A DNA stretch of 64,000 nucleotides from the NCBI GenBank assembly GCA_963662465.1, contig OY759599.1, positions 5,088,001-5,152,000 on the forward strand. Reading direction: 5' to 3'. The first letter of the stretch is position 1. Each line of letters begins with the position of its first letter. A model generated the notes under the pieces. It did no database searches, was not told where the DNA came from, and saw only the letters and a list, made by a program, of their open reading frames with translations. Positions 19,401 through 28,122 of the stretch are shown one piece after another. The position numbers were made by a program, and so were the translations under genes. Source of the DNA: Desulfatiglandales bacterium (GTDB lineage: Bacteria; Desulfobacterota; DSM-4660; Desulfatiglandales; Desulfatiglandaceae).

Positions 19401-20938
19401 TTGAAAAACCCAACTGGTGGGAAAAATTTGTCAAGGCAGCATTAATATTCACACAAAATAACAATTTCAGGGAATGTTCTACGGTTATTTTACCAGATGA
19501 CGGCATGCTTAAAAGAGTTTTTGCAAACTCAAAAGTAGATTTTGCTTGGCGTCCCGAAAAAGACTCATTTAACCAATGGGCAAGTTTTTATGAATCCTTC
19601 AATGTCCCACGAATTTCGGAATCAGTTACGACAAACTTAGCAGACGATATTGCATTTCAGGAAATGGACAAAAACCGTCTTATTACTGAATGTGCGATCA
19701 TAATGCTCTCTGCATGGTTGAGAGAAAAAGATATTGATAGCTATAAGCGTTTTTATAAGGAAGGCATTTTTGAAGAACTGTCACGTCTTAAGGAGGCTGT
19801 TTGTAATAAAGACATCAAGGTATTATTTACACTAAAAACTACTTCTGTTCCTATTGCAGTTGAGAAAGACTATCCTGTTTTTTGGGATCGTAAGAAAGGC
19901 CAAATCATATTTAACGACCGGACGGACGAACCGGATTTGAAGAAGAAATTGGCCACTGAAATTGCAAAAGGGCTAATGAATAATAACGCATATAAAGACC
20001 TATCCAATTGGATTGAGCTGATCTTAGGGGCGAATGACACCAGAAGAATCAGGGATGATGGGTGGCCTGCTCCTCGAGAAATTCTCAAACTGTTCACAAG
20101 CCGTGATGCGGCCCATGAGGGTTCTGTGAGTGTGAATGTTAATAGTGAGGAACCCGCAGGGAGCCAAAAATCGCCGGAAAATCAAGAGGGACATAAGCTC
20201 AAGCAGTTGACACGAAAGATGCCCGGAATTCCAGAAAAAAGATATCCTACTCTTACAGATTCTGGAAAGCCACCAAATGAAGATTCGAAAAAGCCAAGAT
20301 CAGCAAACGATAAAGGTGCTCTATCCGGCAGTTACTATGCTCTCTCGGTCGAAGGCTTTGAAAAAGCTTTCAATAAAAGCGGACAAACTGCCCTACTTGA
20401 GGAATATGAGGATATCGATTTTTTTAGCAAGGGAAATGTTTTAAACCCTGAACGTAGACGAAAAAAAGTTTCTGAGCGCCATCGAAACAGGATAGAAAAT
20501 GAACCGCGTGAAGATGAAAGGCGTAGAATTACTGAACGTACAATACTTGAACCTGCGGATCCACAAGTACGCTCCCAGTTAAGAGACTTGTATGGAGGCA
20601 GGTGTCAAATCTGCGGGGATACTTTTCCACAGCGAGATGGAACGCCTTTCTTTATAGTCGGTCACATTGTCGAGCGGAAAAATGCCCGCCTATTGGATAA
20701 TTATGCCAACGCCTTGTCTCTTTGTCCCAAACATTTCGCCCAATGGCAGCACGGGGCCATAGAAGCAGATAACATTTTGGAGCAAATTCTAACGAAAAAA
20801 ACAAAGGTTGAGGGATCAAATCATGATTTTACTCTAAAAATCAGTCTTTGTGGTAACGCACATGAAATTTCTTACAAAGAAAAGCACCTGGTAGATTTAC
20901 AAGAGCTGGTAAAGGAGTTGAAAAAAGCTGAAGAATGA
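16436..20938 (+). CDS. Sacsin/NOV-like GHKL (Hsp90-like) ATPase with C-terminal HNH nuclease
   Basis: HFIFELIQNAEDN, NNEKGF, IGEKGIGFKSVF, PFLVNADFLLSSARE; C-terminus YGGRCQICG...GHIV...NALSLCPKH; TTG start with GGAGG 9 nt upstream inside the SNF2 3' end. Confidence 0.82.
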   Translation: MSRQEEVIREISDDYSPQKNTARTLNGYARSIRFLAKDIYEKDTHFIFELIQNAEDNEYDNRVKPSLRFVLYRSGILPGYEANPMLLIENNEKGFEEQDVKSICDTGESKKTKQQGFIGEKGIGFKSVFRVTSCPHIFSNGYNFKLPEKDENSNLGYIVPSWIEPPEILDKSKTSILLPLDKPDFGLDKVRAYLKDIAPETIIFLDKLQSIEIDFLDEKISIEKDGSIFPLVMLAKLENSKNGKEEVLEQLFWFGSKEFQKPANINPESRKGIDSRTVSIAIPFGKRISGKVFAYLPVLENTGLPFLVNADFLLSSAREGLKLDENWNKWLRDCIPEVFVETLTECLESEKIDFREKIQAYNSIPRHPNSQFFREPVTEIKKALGKTRCIFTLPNESLSYPSESRILPENKLWDLLEPEDFNFLNDRTFIVHRELKPFYEILRAISVSNFEKIEILKCFDYKTCILSKSNEWLLDFYRFLKGFTSKHSDLASKKLVKIVSGKENRTILACTAEIPIYFPCESGVTEAMEAAPEWLKDKLSIAFVEPTFFELLSNENDWMALEKWMTDCLMVKSFSLENYCCDILDFLNQQSQDLDPAQIADATSFLTEHASNAFNLHELPIVLSNHSKIKLSAIGSRKKIVVPENFDPEKGWQNIWKMTSDQAYFFSLADTYKRRTVEKLLLLSKGKIEKYPGPLRVEEIDENFLTAYEEECLKNPPKTNWAITISDWRSPFALRTNQIGNNNFSASLFSFFQEKDEGIDKYKTLTINYFYRTDKWIYKDSEFFFHLKNHRWLPTQKGLVKPSQAFLPRKEIQEILGDTVPYFTGNGSETEILEELGVKTGLTVEVLMQTLIDVSISSESNSELVSRIYGQFASRTQFSDLSEVAEKFRNNRLIFIPEKDARKKWFKSCDVIWSDDKKILDKDIICLEKYYHNLKEFFVKTIGVKESADPEYFAQRWLGLQKNGLESSSDLRETMDVIYHKLLPVSRYVEKPNWWEKFVKAALIFTQNNNFRECSTVILPDDGMLKRVFANSKVDFAWRPEKDSFNQWASFYESFNVPRISESVTTNLADDIAFQEMDKNRLITECAIIMLSAWLREKDIDSYKRFYKEGIFEELSRLKEAVCNKDIKVLFTLKTTSVPIAVEKDYPVFWDRKKGQIIFNDRTDEPDLKKKLATEIAKGLMNNNAYKDLSNWIELILGANDTRRIRDDGWPAPREILKLFTSRDAAHEGSVSVNVNSEEPAGSQKSPENQEGHKLKQLTRKMPGIPEKRYPTLTDSGKPPNEDSKKPRSANDKGALSGSYYALSVEGFEKAFNKSGQTALLEEYEDIDFFSKGNVLNPERRRKKVSERHRNRIENEPREDERRRITERTILEPADPQVRSQLRDLYGGRCQICGDTFPQRDGTPFFIVGHIVERKNARLLDNYANALSLCPKHFAQWQHGAIEADNILEQILTKKTKVEGSNHDFTLKISLCGNAHEISYKEKHLVDLQELVKELKKAEE

Positions 20939-20975
20939 TAGCGCATTTTTCCGTGGGGATAGTCAAGGTGATGTC

Positions 20976-21679
20976 ATGAAAAGCAAAATCCGTAAGATTC
21001 TTAGCGACTTGGAAAGAACCCGTGAAAACCTTTTGTCTTTGTCAGACGACATTTGGCTCAGCATCGACCATAACAATCCCGATGCGCTGGAGGAAGGAGT
21101 CGCATTCAAAAAGGCGTACAATGACAAACTGATCGCCTTCGACCAAGTTGCGGAAGCCCTTTCCGCATTGGTCCAGCAGTACACCGAAGTTAGCATTGAG
21201 GAGGAAAACGAGGATCGGCAAATTTCGGAAAGCGCGGAAGCGCGAAACCGCATTATACTTGAGCTGGATCGAGAGGAGCCGCATCGGCTTGAAGAGGATT
21301 TTCGGTATAAACGGCCGTATGGGTTCATTTTGGAGGAACGGCCATACAAAAATGTTGTGACATGGCGACGAATCTACGATCTCGTCTGTCGCCAGCTTCT
21401 TCAAAAAGACCGGGAAAAAATGTTGGCTCTGCCGGACCATCCGGATTTTGCCTCCAAACGAGGAAACCACTCCTTTTCCCATTGCCCCGAAGGGCTGACA
21501 TCCTCTGACCGAATCACTGAGAATCTGTTTGCGGAAATCAATCTATCCGCAATTCGTTGCGGGACCAGATTCGTAAACTGCTTCGTGTTTTCGCCATTTA
21601 TGAAAGCAAAATGACCATCTATCTGATGCGGGACCTAGATGCAGATGATGATAAGCTCGGTGATTACGCCAAAGAATAG
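20976..21679 (+). pseudogene. Conserved hypothetical protein with a probable 1-bp frameshift near the 3' end
   Basis: ORF 20976-21614 drifts after AEINLSA; another frame from about 21551 reads NSLRDQIRKLLRVFAIYESKMTIYLMRDLDADDDKLGDYAKE to TAG 21677-21679. Confidence 0.6.
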
Positions 21680-21840
21680 AGTGCTCCCTCCGGGACGCAA
21701 GTCTATGTTGTCTTTTCTTGTGCTCTCAGTGACGCTCTTTTCTAATTATTTAATCTTAAATTTTATTATAGAGACAATGACGAGTATGCCAATGCTAATT
21801 TTTCACATTCCACCACTGTTTGATTATATTCGAGGATAAC

Positions 21841-22521
21841 ATGGAGTTTTTATATTGTCCAAATTGTGGGAAAAAGACAGGTCATAAACGGGCTTTGGGA
21901 TGGGGAACTTTTTTTGGAGGTATGTTTACACTTGGCGTCTCTACGGCAGCAATACCTTTCTATCCAAAACGCTGCATTGTCTGTGGAAGAAAGACAACCG
22001 GAAACGAAGTTGATCCAACATATAGAGGTGATATTCCTGTACCAAGTTATGAGGAATTCGAGATTGAAGATGCAGCGCCAGAACTTAATGATACAAAAAA
22101 GTGTCCTTTTTGTGCTGAAACGATCAAGCTTGAAGCAATAAAATGTAGATTTTGCGGCGAAATGTTTGACCGCAATGAAGTTGCTAAACAGGCGAAGCAG
22201 TTAGCCGAAACCAGAAAAAAGAATGGTCTCGAAAATAGGATCTTATGCAGTGATGGCGCTTGTATAGGAATAATAGGAAGTGATGGAAAATGCAATGTAT
22301 GTGGGAGAAGCGAAAAAATAGACGATCAAGATTCTAAAGATTTTCAACAGGAAAAATTCTTAGATATAAAAGAACAAAAGCCAGATGAAAAAAAGAAGTC
22401 TAAAATAAATTCTTTGACTGTAGTTTTTATAATTATCGGTATACTTTTTCTTATAGGTTTGTTTAGTGCTCCAGATGAGGGTTTATTTCGTTATTTGTTA
22501 AACGGTGGCCATTCTCCATAA
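21841..22521 (+). CDS. Multi-zinc-ribbon membrane protein
   Basis: CPNCG...CIVCG; KKCPFCAETIKLEAIKCRFCG; CSDGACIGIIGSDGKCNVCG; C-terminal hydrophobic helix; AT-rich. Confidence 0.7.
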   Translation: MEFLYCPNCGKKTGHKRALGWGTFFGGMFTLGVSTAAIPFYPKRCIVCGRKTTGNEVDPTYRGDIPVPSYEEFEIEDAAPELNDTKKCPFCAETIKLEAIKCRFCGEMFDRNEVAKQAKQLAETRKKNGLENRILCSDGACIGIIGSDGKCNVCGRSEKIDDQDSKDFQQEKFLDIKEQKPDEKKKSKINSLTVVFIIIGILFLIGLFSAPDEGLFRYLLNGGHSP

Positions 22522-22787
22522 TAGATAAAATATTCTAAAATCACTCAGAATGCTATTGAAGATCACTTGTATTTTAAAAAACCTCAAACTGTTGCTGCTA
22601 AAATATTGGTAAAACGGGGTGGTTATAAATGCGATAGCGTGACATTTATGCGTCCATTCGAAATCGCTTATGTTGATTATGAAGTCTATATATGGTTCTT
22701 AAATTCATCGTCGTTCATAAATCCATCCTCGCAAAGTTAAGTTATGTGGCGCAAGGCCTCAAACGCATTTGAAATGCAGAACTGAAA

Positions 22788-23357
22788 ATGGATGAGCAAG
22801 GAGAAACAAATTTGAAGTTGATACCGGCTTTAAGAGGTATATTTGGTTCCTGGGTTTACTATTCAGCCCTTTTAAGGCTAAAGGATGTAGCAAATCATAT
22901 CAAACTGTTGGAAGAGATTTACCAAAACAAGCAACTTTCCGACACGATTCAACGGGAATTGAAAACAAATCAGGTGACGGAAATTGCCGAGTATCTTTGC
23001 ACCCAAAAGGAACGTTTTCTCAATTCTCTTGTCGTGGGGCTATATGGCGGCGACCCGAAGTGGTTTGCGATTTCTGATATCAGGCCGCATACTCCGGAAT
23101 TCGATCCGTCCACATTGGATGAAGAAACGCTTTCATCCATCGGCTTTTTATCTTTGTCTGGAGATGAAACTTTTTTTGCCATCGACGGTCAACATCGCCT
23201 GGTGGGTATCCGTAAAGCACTTAAGGAAGATGACGAACTGGGGCTGGATGAAATCAACGTGCTGTTCGTGCCATATCAGGAAACCGATGAAGGCAGACAA
23301 CGAACCGGACGGTTGTTTACTACGCTGAATAAGCGAGTTAAGCCAGTATCAAAATGA
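22788..23357 (+). pseudogene. DGQHR-domain (DndB-like) protein, apparently C-terminally truncated
   Basis: IQREL...IAEYL...RFLNSLVV...FAIDGQHRL...RLFTTLNKRVKPVSK then stop. Confidence 0.7.
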
Positions 23358-23376
23358 TGTCGCAGGAGCGAAAGGA

Positions 23377-26300
23377 ATGGATCATGGATCAGGAAAGGTC
23401 AAATGCAAGCAAGGCTCCCTTCCCCTTTCCACAGAATTCGAACACGAGGCCACTGAAGCGCCACTCCGCGACCAAATCGCCCTGAAAATCCGTCAAAACG
23501 CCCATCGGCTCTGTAATGCCCTTAAACAGGAAAATCCGGAAGCTGTCCTGAACCATTCCGCTGAAACCGTTCAAGCCATTCTGGCTGGCCTCAGAATGTC
23601 CAAAGTGGATGCGGAACAGCTTTTTGCACGGTTGGCAAGCGAGGATAGATTCCCCGACGGCCTGGATTTGAATTTCCAGAACGAGTCTGCCAAGGCCACA
23701 GATCTCTGTTTTCCATCGTTACTCTTTGCGCCTTACCAGGCGGGAGAAACAGTCGACCTGATTCGGAATGAAATAGCCATCAGCCGGAACGTCTGGATCG
23801 CTTCCGCTTTCTATTCCCCCGGTGTCATCAACCTGTTCATCAACAGCTTCGCCCGGTTCATAGACAATGGTGGACAACTCAAGGTCCTCACTTCCACCAT
23901 GGGCAACGTCAATCAGCCCGGTTACCTGCTGCACCTGAGAGATACGGTTCCAGGCATGCAGGTGAGGGCCTGGCACCCGCCCGGAATTCCTTTTGCAAAA
24001 GCACCCCCGCCTTTTCATCCCAAGGCCTGGCTTTTCCAGTACCCCAGCGGGAAAGGGGCGCTTTTAATCGGTTCCTCCAATTTCACACGGGGTGGGTTCC
24101 TGAAAAATGTGGAATGGAATTACTTCTCGGCCAACGAAGTCAATGTACGCTTCGGGGATCAATCCCCATTTGAAGCGGCCCTTTGTGAATTTGAACGGTG
24201 CTGGGAAAAAGAGTCCGTTGAAATCTCGGATGAGTTCATCGCAGCCTATGAAGAACGGTGGCAGGCCTGGGACAACGGCAAGAAAGATTTTTTCGATCCC
24301 CCGGCGGGAAACTGGGGGATGCCCAGGGTTGAAACCCTTTCTTTTGAACAGCCACCACCGGCGGAAAAACCCGTTGAGAATAGAATATCGCCCAACCCGG
24401 CCCAGCGGGAAGCGCTCAGCAACCTCTCCCGCATGCGAAACCAGGGAATGGATAAAGCGGCGGTGGTTGCGGCCACGGGGGTAGGCAAAACCCACCTGGC
24501 GGCATTCGATTACAGGCAAAGCGAAAGCAAAAGCCTCTTGTTTATTGCCCACCGCGAAAACATTCTTCAGAAGGCACGAAAGACATTTGGAGACGTAATG
24601 GGGGTGGACAACTTCGGTGCCATGGTGGGCGCGGGCCAAAATGCTTCAGCCGCGGATGGAGCGGTGTTTGCCATGATCCAGACGCTTAGCCGTTCTGAAA
24701 ACCTGGAGCGCTTCAGCCCGGAACGTTTCGAATACCTGGTGGTGGATGAGTTCCACCACGGGATGGCCCCCACCTACCTGAAAGCTATCAATTATTTCAA
24801 ACCCCGCTTCATGCTGTGTCTCACCGCCACCCCCGAGCGAATGGATGGAAGAGATGTCCTGCGGCTGTGCGATTACAACGTGGCTTATGAATTGAGACTG
24901 CTGGATGCCGTGGACCGGGGGTGGCTGTCCCCCTTTCAGTACTTTGCCGTCCATGACAAAACAGACTACGACCGGATAACCTGGCGAGGCACCCATTACG
25001 ACGATGAGGAACTGACAAAAGCGCTCAGCAACGACACCCGGAACGCCATTGTTGCCGCAAACCTTAAAAAGTACCTGCCGGCCGGCGGCAAGATTAAGGC
25101 CTTAGCCTTTTGCAGTTCCGTTGCCCACGCCCGATACACGGCGGAGCGGCTGACCCTGGATCATGGCATCAAGGCCCTCGCGCTTTCGGGGGTCGATTCG
25201 GACGAAGAGAGAACACTGGCACTGACCCGTCTCGAGGATGAGGCCGATTCGCTGCGCGTAATCTGTTCCGTCGACATCTTCAACGAAGGGCTGGACATCC
25301 CCGGCCTGAGCCATGTTTTGCTCTTGAGACCCACGCAGTCCTTTACGGTTTTTCTTCAGCAGCTGGGCCGCGGGCTTCGAAAGGCGCCCGGCAAGGACTA
25401 CCTGGTGGTGATTGATTTTGTGGGCAATTTCAGAAAGGCTCACGTGGCGCCGCTGGCCTTGAGCGGTTATACCTCTATCCAGGAATTTGCCGCCGATGGC
25501 GTCACTTCGTTTAAAGCCGGCAATCCCATTATCAACCTGCCACGGGGATGCTACCTGGATCCGGACCTGGAAGCGGAACGTATCTGGGACCGGGAGATCC
25601 GGGCCATCCTTAAGGGTAAGATTCCGCTGGAAACAAGGCTTAAGGCCCTATACAGCGAAATCCGTGCGGACCTGGATGGGGCATCGCCTCTCCTGACGGA
25701 TTTCCTGGACAATGCGCACAACGTGGACCCGTATGTCTTCATCCGCCACTTTGGAAACTGGCTGCGGACCAAGCTGGCCTGCGAAGAGCAACTGGACCAA
25801 AGAGAAATCAGGCTTCTGGATACGCCGGGCGAAGCATTTCTCAAACACCTGGAATCGGAACTGAGCCCGGTGAAATCATATAAGATGGTGGTGCTCACCT
25901 GTCTTCTGAAAATGGGCGGCAACTCGTGGCGTGTGGTGGATATCGCAAAGGGTTTTCTGAACTACTATCTTGCCCATCGCGAGAGGCTGTTCGATTATGA
26001 GGAACTGGCCGCCTTTCCTGACCCCGTGGATTTTCCGCTTTCAAAAGCAAAATCAAAACTGCTTCAGATGCCGCTGAAGTACCTGAGCAATACCGAAAAA
26101 GACTGGTTTATTCTTGACAGGGAACTTGGGATATTTGAACTGAAACCGGAACTGTCGCCCTTCTGGAATGACCACTTTTTCCGGGGGCTGGTAAAGGACC
26201 GGGTACAGTTCGGGCTGGTGCGGTATTTTTCCCGGAAGGGCCGCGTGATGGACATCTTTTTTGATGATGAACTCCTGAAGAGCGGCTTTCCGGTGGAGCG

Positions 26301-26586
26301 GAATTTAGCATTCGATTTCTATTCGGAAAAGCCCCTTAAGCCGGGTGAGAAGCGGAGCGCGACGCTGAAAGCGGGCGGCGTGAAATACGGCATTTTTTTC
26401 GGGAGATCTCAAGATCGTAGCACATATGGCATCACCTATCCGTCTGAAAGCGCCGTCGTCCGGGGTATGAGAGGGATGCTGGAAAAAGCGCCTGAACCGG
26501 GCGGGATCGCTTTTAAACTCCGGGTGTCGGGAAAGAATGAACTGGTGCTGGAATTGCCCTCTGAAAGGCCTGAGATCAACGGATGA
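23377..26586 (+). CDS. Second PLD nuclease - SF2 (ResIII-type) helicase with a different C-terminal domain
   Basis: FHPKAWLF...IGSSNFT; AATGVGKT, DEFHH, TATPERMDG, QQLGRGLR; C-terminus KSYKMVVL...QMPLKYL, no DUF3427 signature seen. Confidence 0.85.
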   Translation: MDHGSGKVKCKQGSLPLSTEFEHEATEAPLRDQIALKIRQNAHRLCNALKQENPEAVLNHSAETVQAILAGLRMSKVDAEQLFARLASEDRFPDGLDLNFQNESAKATDLCFPSLLFAPYQAGETVDLIRNEIAISRNVWIASAFYSPGVINLFINSFARFIDNGGQLKVLTSTMGNVNQPGYLLHLRDTVPGMQVRAWHPPGIPFAKAPPPFHPKAWLFQYPSGKGALLIGSSNFTRGGFLKNVEWNYFSANEVNVRFGDQSPFEAALCEFERCWEKESVEISDEFIAAYEERWQAWDNGKKDFFDPPAGNWGMPRVETLSFEQPPPAEKPVENRISPNPAQREALSNLSRMRNQGMDKAAVVAATGVGKTHLAAFDYRQSESKSLLFIAHRENILQKARKTFGDVMGVDNFGAMVGAGQNASAADGAVFAMIQTLSRSENLERFSPERFEYLVVDEFHHGMAPTYLKAINYFKPRFMLCLTATPERMDGRDVLRLCDYNVAYELRLLDAVDRGWLSPFQYFAVHDKTDYDRITWRGTHYDDEELTKALSNDTRNAIVAANLKKYLPAGGKIKALAFCSSVAHARYTAERLTLDHGIKALALSGVDSDEERTLALTRLEDEADSLRVICSVDIFNEGLDIPGLSHVLLLRPTQSFTVFLQQLGRGLRKAPGKDYLVVIDFVGNFRKAHVAPLALSGYTSIQEFAADGVTSFKAGNPIINLPRGCYLDPDLEAERIWDREIRAILKGKIPLETRLKALYSEIRADLDGASPLLTDFLDNAHNVDPYVFIRHFGNWLRTKLACEEQLDQREIRLLDTPGEAFLKHLESELSPVKSYKMVVLTCLLKMGGNSWRVVDIAKGFLNYYLAHRERLFDYEELAAFPDPVDFPLSKAKSKLLQMPLKYLSNTEKDWFILDRELGIFELKPELSPFWNDHFFRGLVKDRVQFGLVRYFSRKGRVMDIFFDDELLKSGFPVERNLAFDFYSEKPLKPGEKRSATLKAGGVKYGIFFGRSQDRSTYGITYPSESAVVRGMRGMLEKAPEPGGIAFKLRVSGKNELVLELPSERPEING

Positions 26587-26666
26587 GGTTCGCATTCAAA
26601 GATGCCGGGAACGCCCTTAACCGGCTTGAGGGTTGAAGGTGAGATGGGAAAAGCAGCATGAATGAA

Positions 26667-26715
26667 GGGCGCGGAGCGCCCGCCGGTGCGTTCCCACGCA
26701 GAGCATGGGAACGAG
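26667..26715 (-). repeat. Inverted composite REP (hairpins 1+2)
   Basis: Reverse complement CTCGTTCCCATGCTCTGCGTGGGAACGCACCGGCGGGCGCTCCGCGCCC matches the left-hand copies. Confidence 0.85.
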
Positions 26716-26748
26716 GGGAACGCCGGATTCCCGAGGGATAGAAAAGCC

Positions 26749-27327
26749 ATGACGGACTACTATGAAGAGAATCACCGGAAGTACCACAAACAAACCTTCT
26801 CCATCGACCCCGCGTCTTTCCTGTCCCCCCTGGCCGCAGTACTCCGCCCGGGAAGCAAAATCCTGGATGTGGGCTGTGGCTCCGGGCGGGATATGCGGTG
26901 GCTGAAGGCGCGGGGGTTTCAGCCGACAGGGTTTGAGCGGTCCGAAGGGCTGGCGGCACTGGCAAGGGAACATTCCGGCTGCTCGGTGATGGAGGGGGAT
27001 TTTGAGGGTTACGATTTTTCGGGGATGGGGATGGACGCGATCGTCCTGGTGGGGGTGCTGGTCCATGTGCCACACGAACGTTTTGAGGACGTTTTATCCA
27101 ATATCCTGAGAGCATTAAACCCCTTGGGCCATGTGCTCCTCACCCTGAAGGAGGGGGACCGGGACGTTGAGGTTTTGGGGGACCGGGTTTTTTACCGGTG
27201 GCAGGATGGTGTTTTAAGGGGAACGTTTGCGGGGCTGGGGCTGGCAGTGAAGGATTTTTCCCGCCAGGTGTCGAAAATCCGGAAAACGGATGTGTGGCTG
27301 GGATATGTGTTGCAGCTGAGGGAGTGA
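26749..27327 (+). CDS. Class I SAM-dependent methyltransferase (TehB-like)
   Basis: ILDVGCGSGRD motif I; LVHVP; start moved to ATG 26749 because the upstream extension is REP sequence. Confidence 0.85.
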   Translation: MTDYYEENHRKYHKQTFSIDPASFLSPLAAVLRPGSKILDVGCGSGRDMRWLKARGFQPTGFERSEGLAALAREHSGCSVMEGDFEGYDFSGMGMDAIVLVGVLVHVPHERFEDVLSNILRALNPLGHVLLTLKEGDRDVEVLGDRVFYRWQDGVLRGTFAGLGLAVKDFSRQVSKIRKTDVWLGYVLQLRE

Positions 27328-27345
27328 GGAGCGCGGGAGCACCCG
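27253..27345 (+). repeat. Direct repeat copy 1 (methyltransferase 3' end + hairpin 2)
   Basis: Ungapped alignment with 30493-30585 (offset 3240 bp). Confidence 0.9.
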
Positions 27346-27593
27346 GAATTTGCACGAACTTCAGGCCTTTGATGAAAAACTGCGCCACTTCGCCGACCAG
27401 CGGATCACCCTTGATCTGGATGACGGGGTGAAGGCGGTCACCGGGAAAGAACCAAAACCGGACAGGTCGAAGCACAAGTAGAGGCACAAGTCGACCTGGA
27501 TATCCTATTAATCTGGCCGTCATTAACACTCAAGGCGCAGATCAAAAGGACAGATAGAACGAATGAAAAGATCATAGAAAGGAGAACGCTAAA

Positions 27594-27773
27594 ATGGAAA
27601 CATTAAGGGAAGAAGCGATAAATGTGATTTCCACATTACCTGACTCAGCAAGCATTGATGACATCATGTATCGACTGTATGTTATTGACAAGGTGAGGAA
27701 AGGCAGAGCAGCTATCGAGCTGGGAGACAGTATTTCCATTGAAGATTTAAAAGGGGAAATTGAATCATGGTAA
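27594..27773 (+). CDS. Small antitoxin (59 aa, not in the ORF track)
   Basis: METLREEAINVISTLPDSASIDDIMYRLYVIDKVRKGRAAIELGDSISIEDLKGEIESW; AAAGGAG RBS; overlaps the toxin start. Confidence 0.85.
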   Translation: METLREEAINVISTLPDSASIDDIMYRLYVIDKVRKGRAAIELGDSISIEDLKGEIESW

Positions 27774-28075
27774 AATGGTCAGGCCCCGCGAAAAGGGACT
27801 TGAAGAAGATATACGACTACATTGCCGAAGACTCTAAATATTATGCGAGAAATGTTGTTCAGAATATTGTTGATAAGTCTGAATCTATTGAACAATTTCC
27901 CAGAGCCGGCCGGGTGGTGCCTGAGATAAATGACCCCAACGTCAGAGAAATATTCATCTACTCATATCGGCTGATTTATGAGATCAAGCCCAACAGCGTA
28001 GGGATTCTTGCGATTGTTCATGGAAAACGGGATTTTTCAAATTCGAATCTGAACACGTTTAAACGAGAGAGATAA
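27767..28075 (+). CDS. RelE/ParE family toxin
   Basis: WSGPAKRDLKKIYDYIAEDS...FPRAGRVVPE...YRLIYEI...ILAIVHGKRD. Confidence 0.9.
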   Translation: MVKWSGPAKRDLKKIYDYIAEDSKYYARNVVQNIVDKSESIEQFPRAGRVVPEINDPNVREIFIYSYRLIYEIKPNSVGILAIVHGKRDFSNSNLNTFKRER

Positions 28076-28122
28076 ACGACCCACAAATTAACATGTGGTT
28101 GGAATCTCTGTTCATTCGTGCA

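Noticed and set aside
12859..26586. Assigning the helicase genes to DISARM, BREX or Dnd
   Set aside because: No DUF1998 protein, DNA methylase, PglZ/BrxC or DndCDE is present.
26749..27327. Methyltransferase as the cognate DNA methylase of a restriction-modification system
   Set aside because: Short TehB-like class I fold with no DPPY/NPPY or PC motif.
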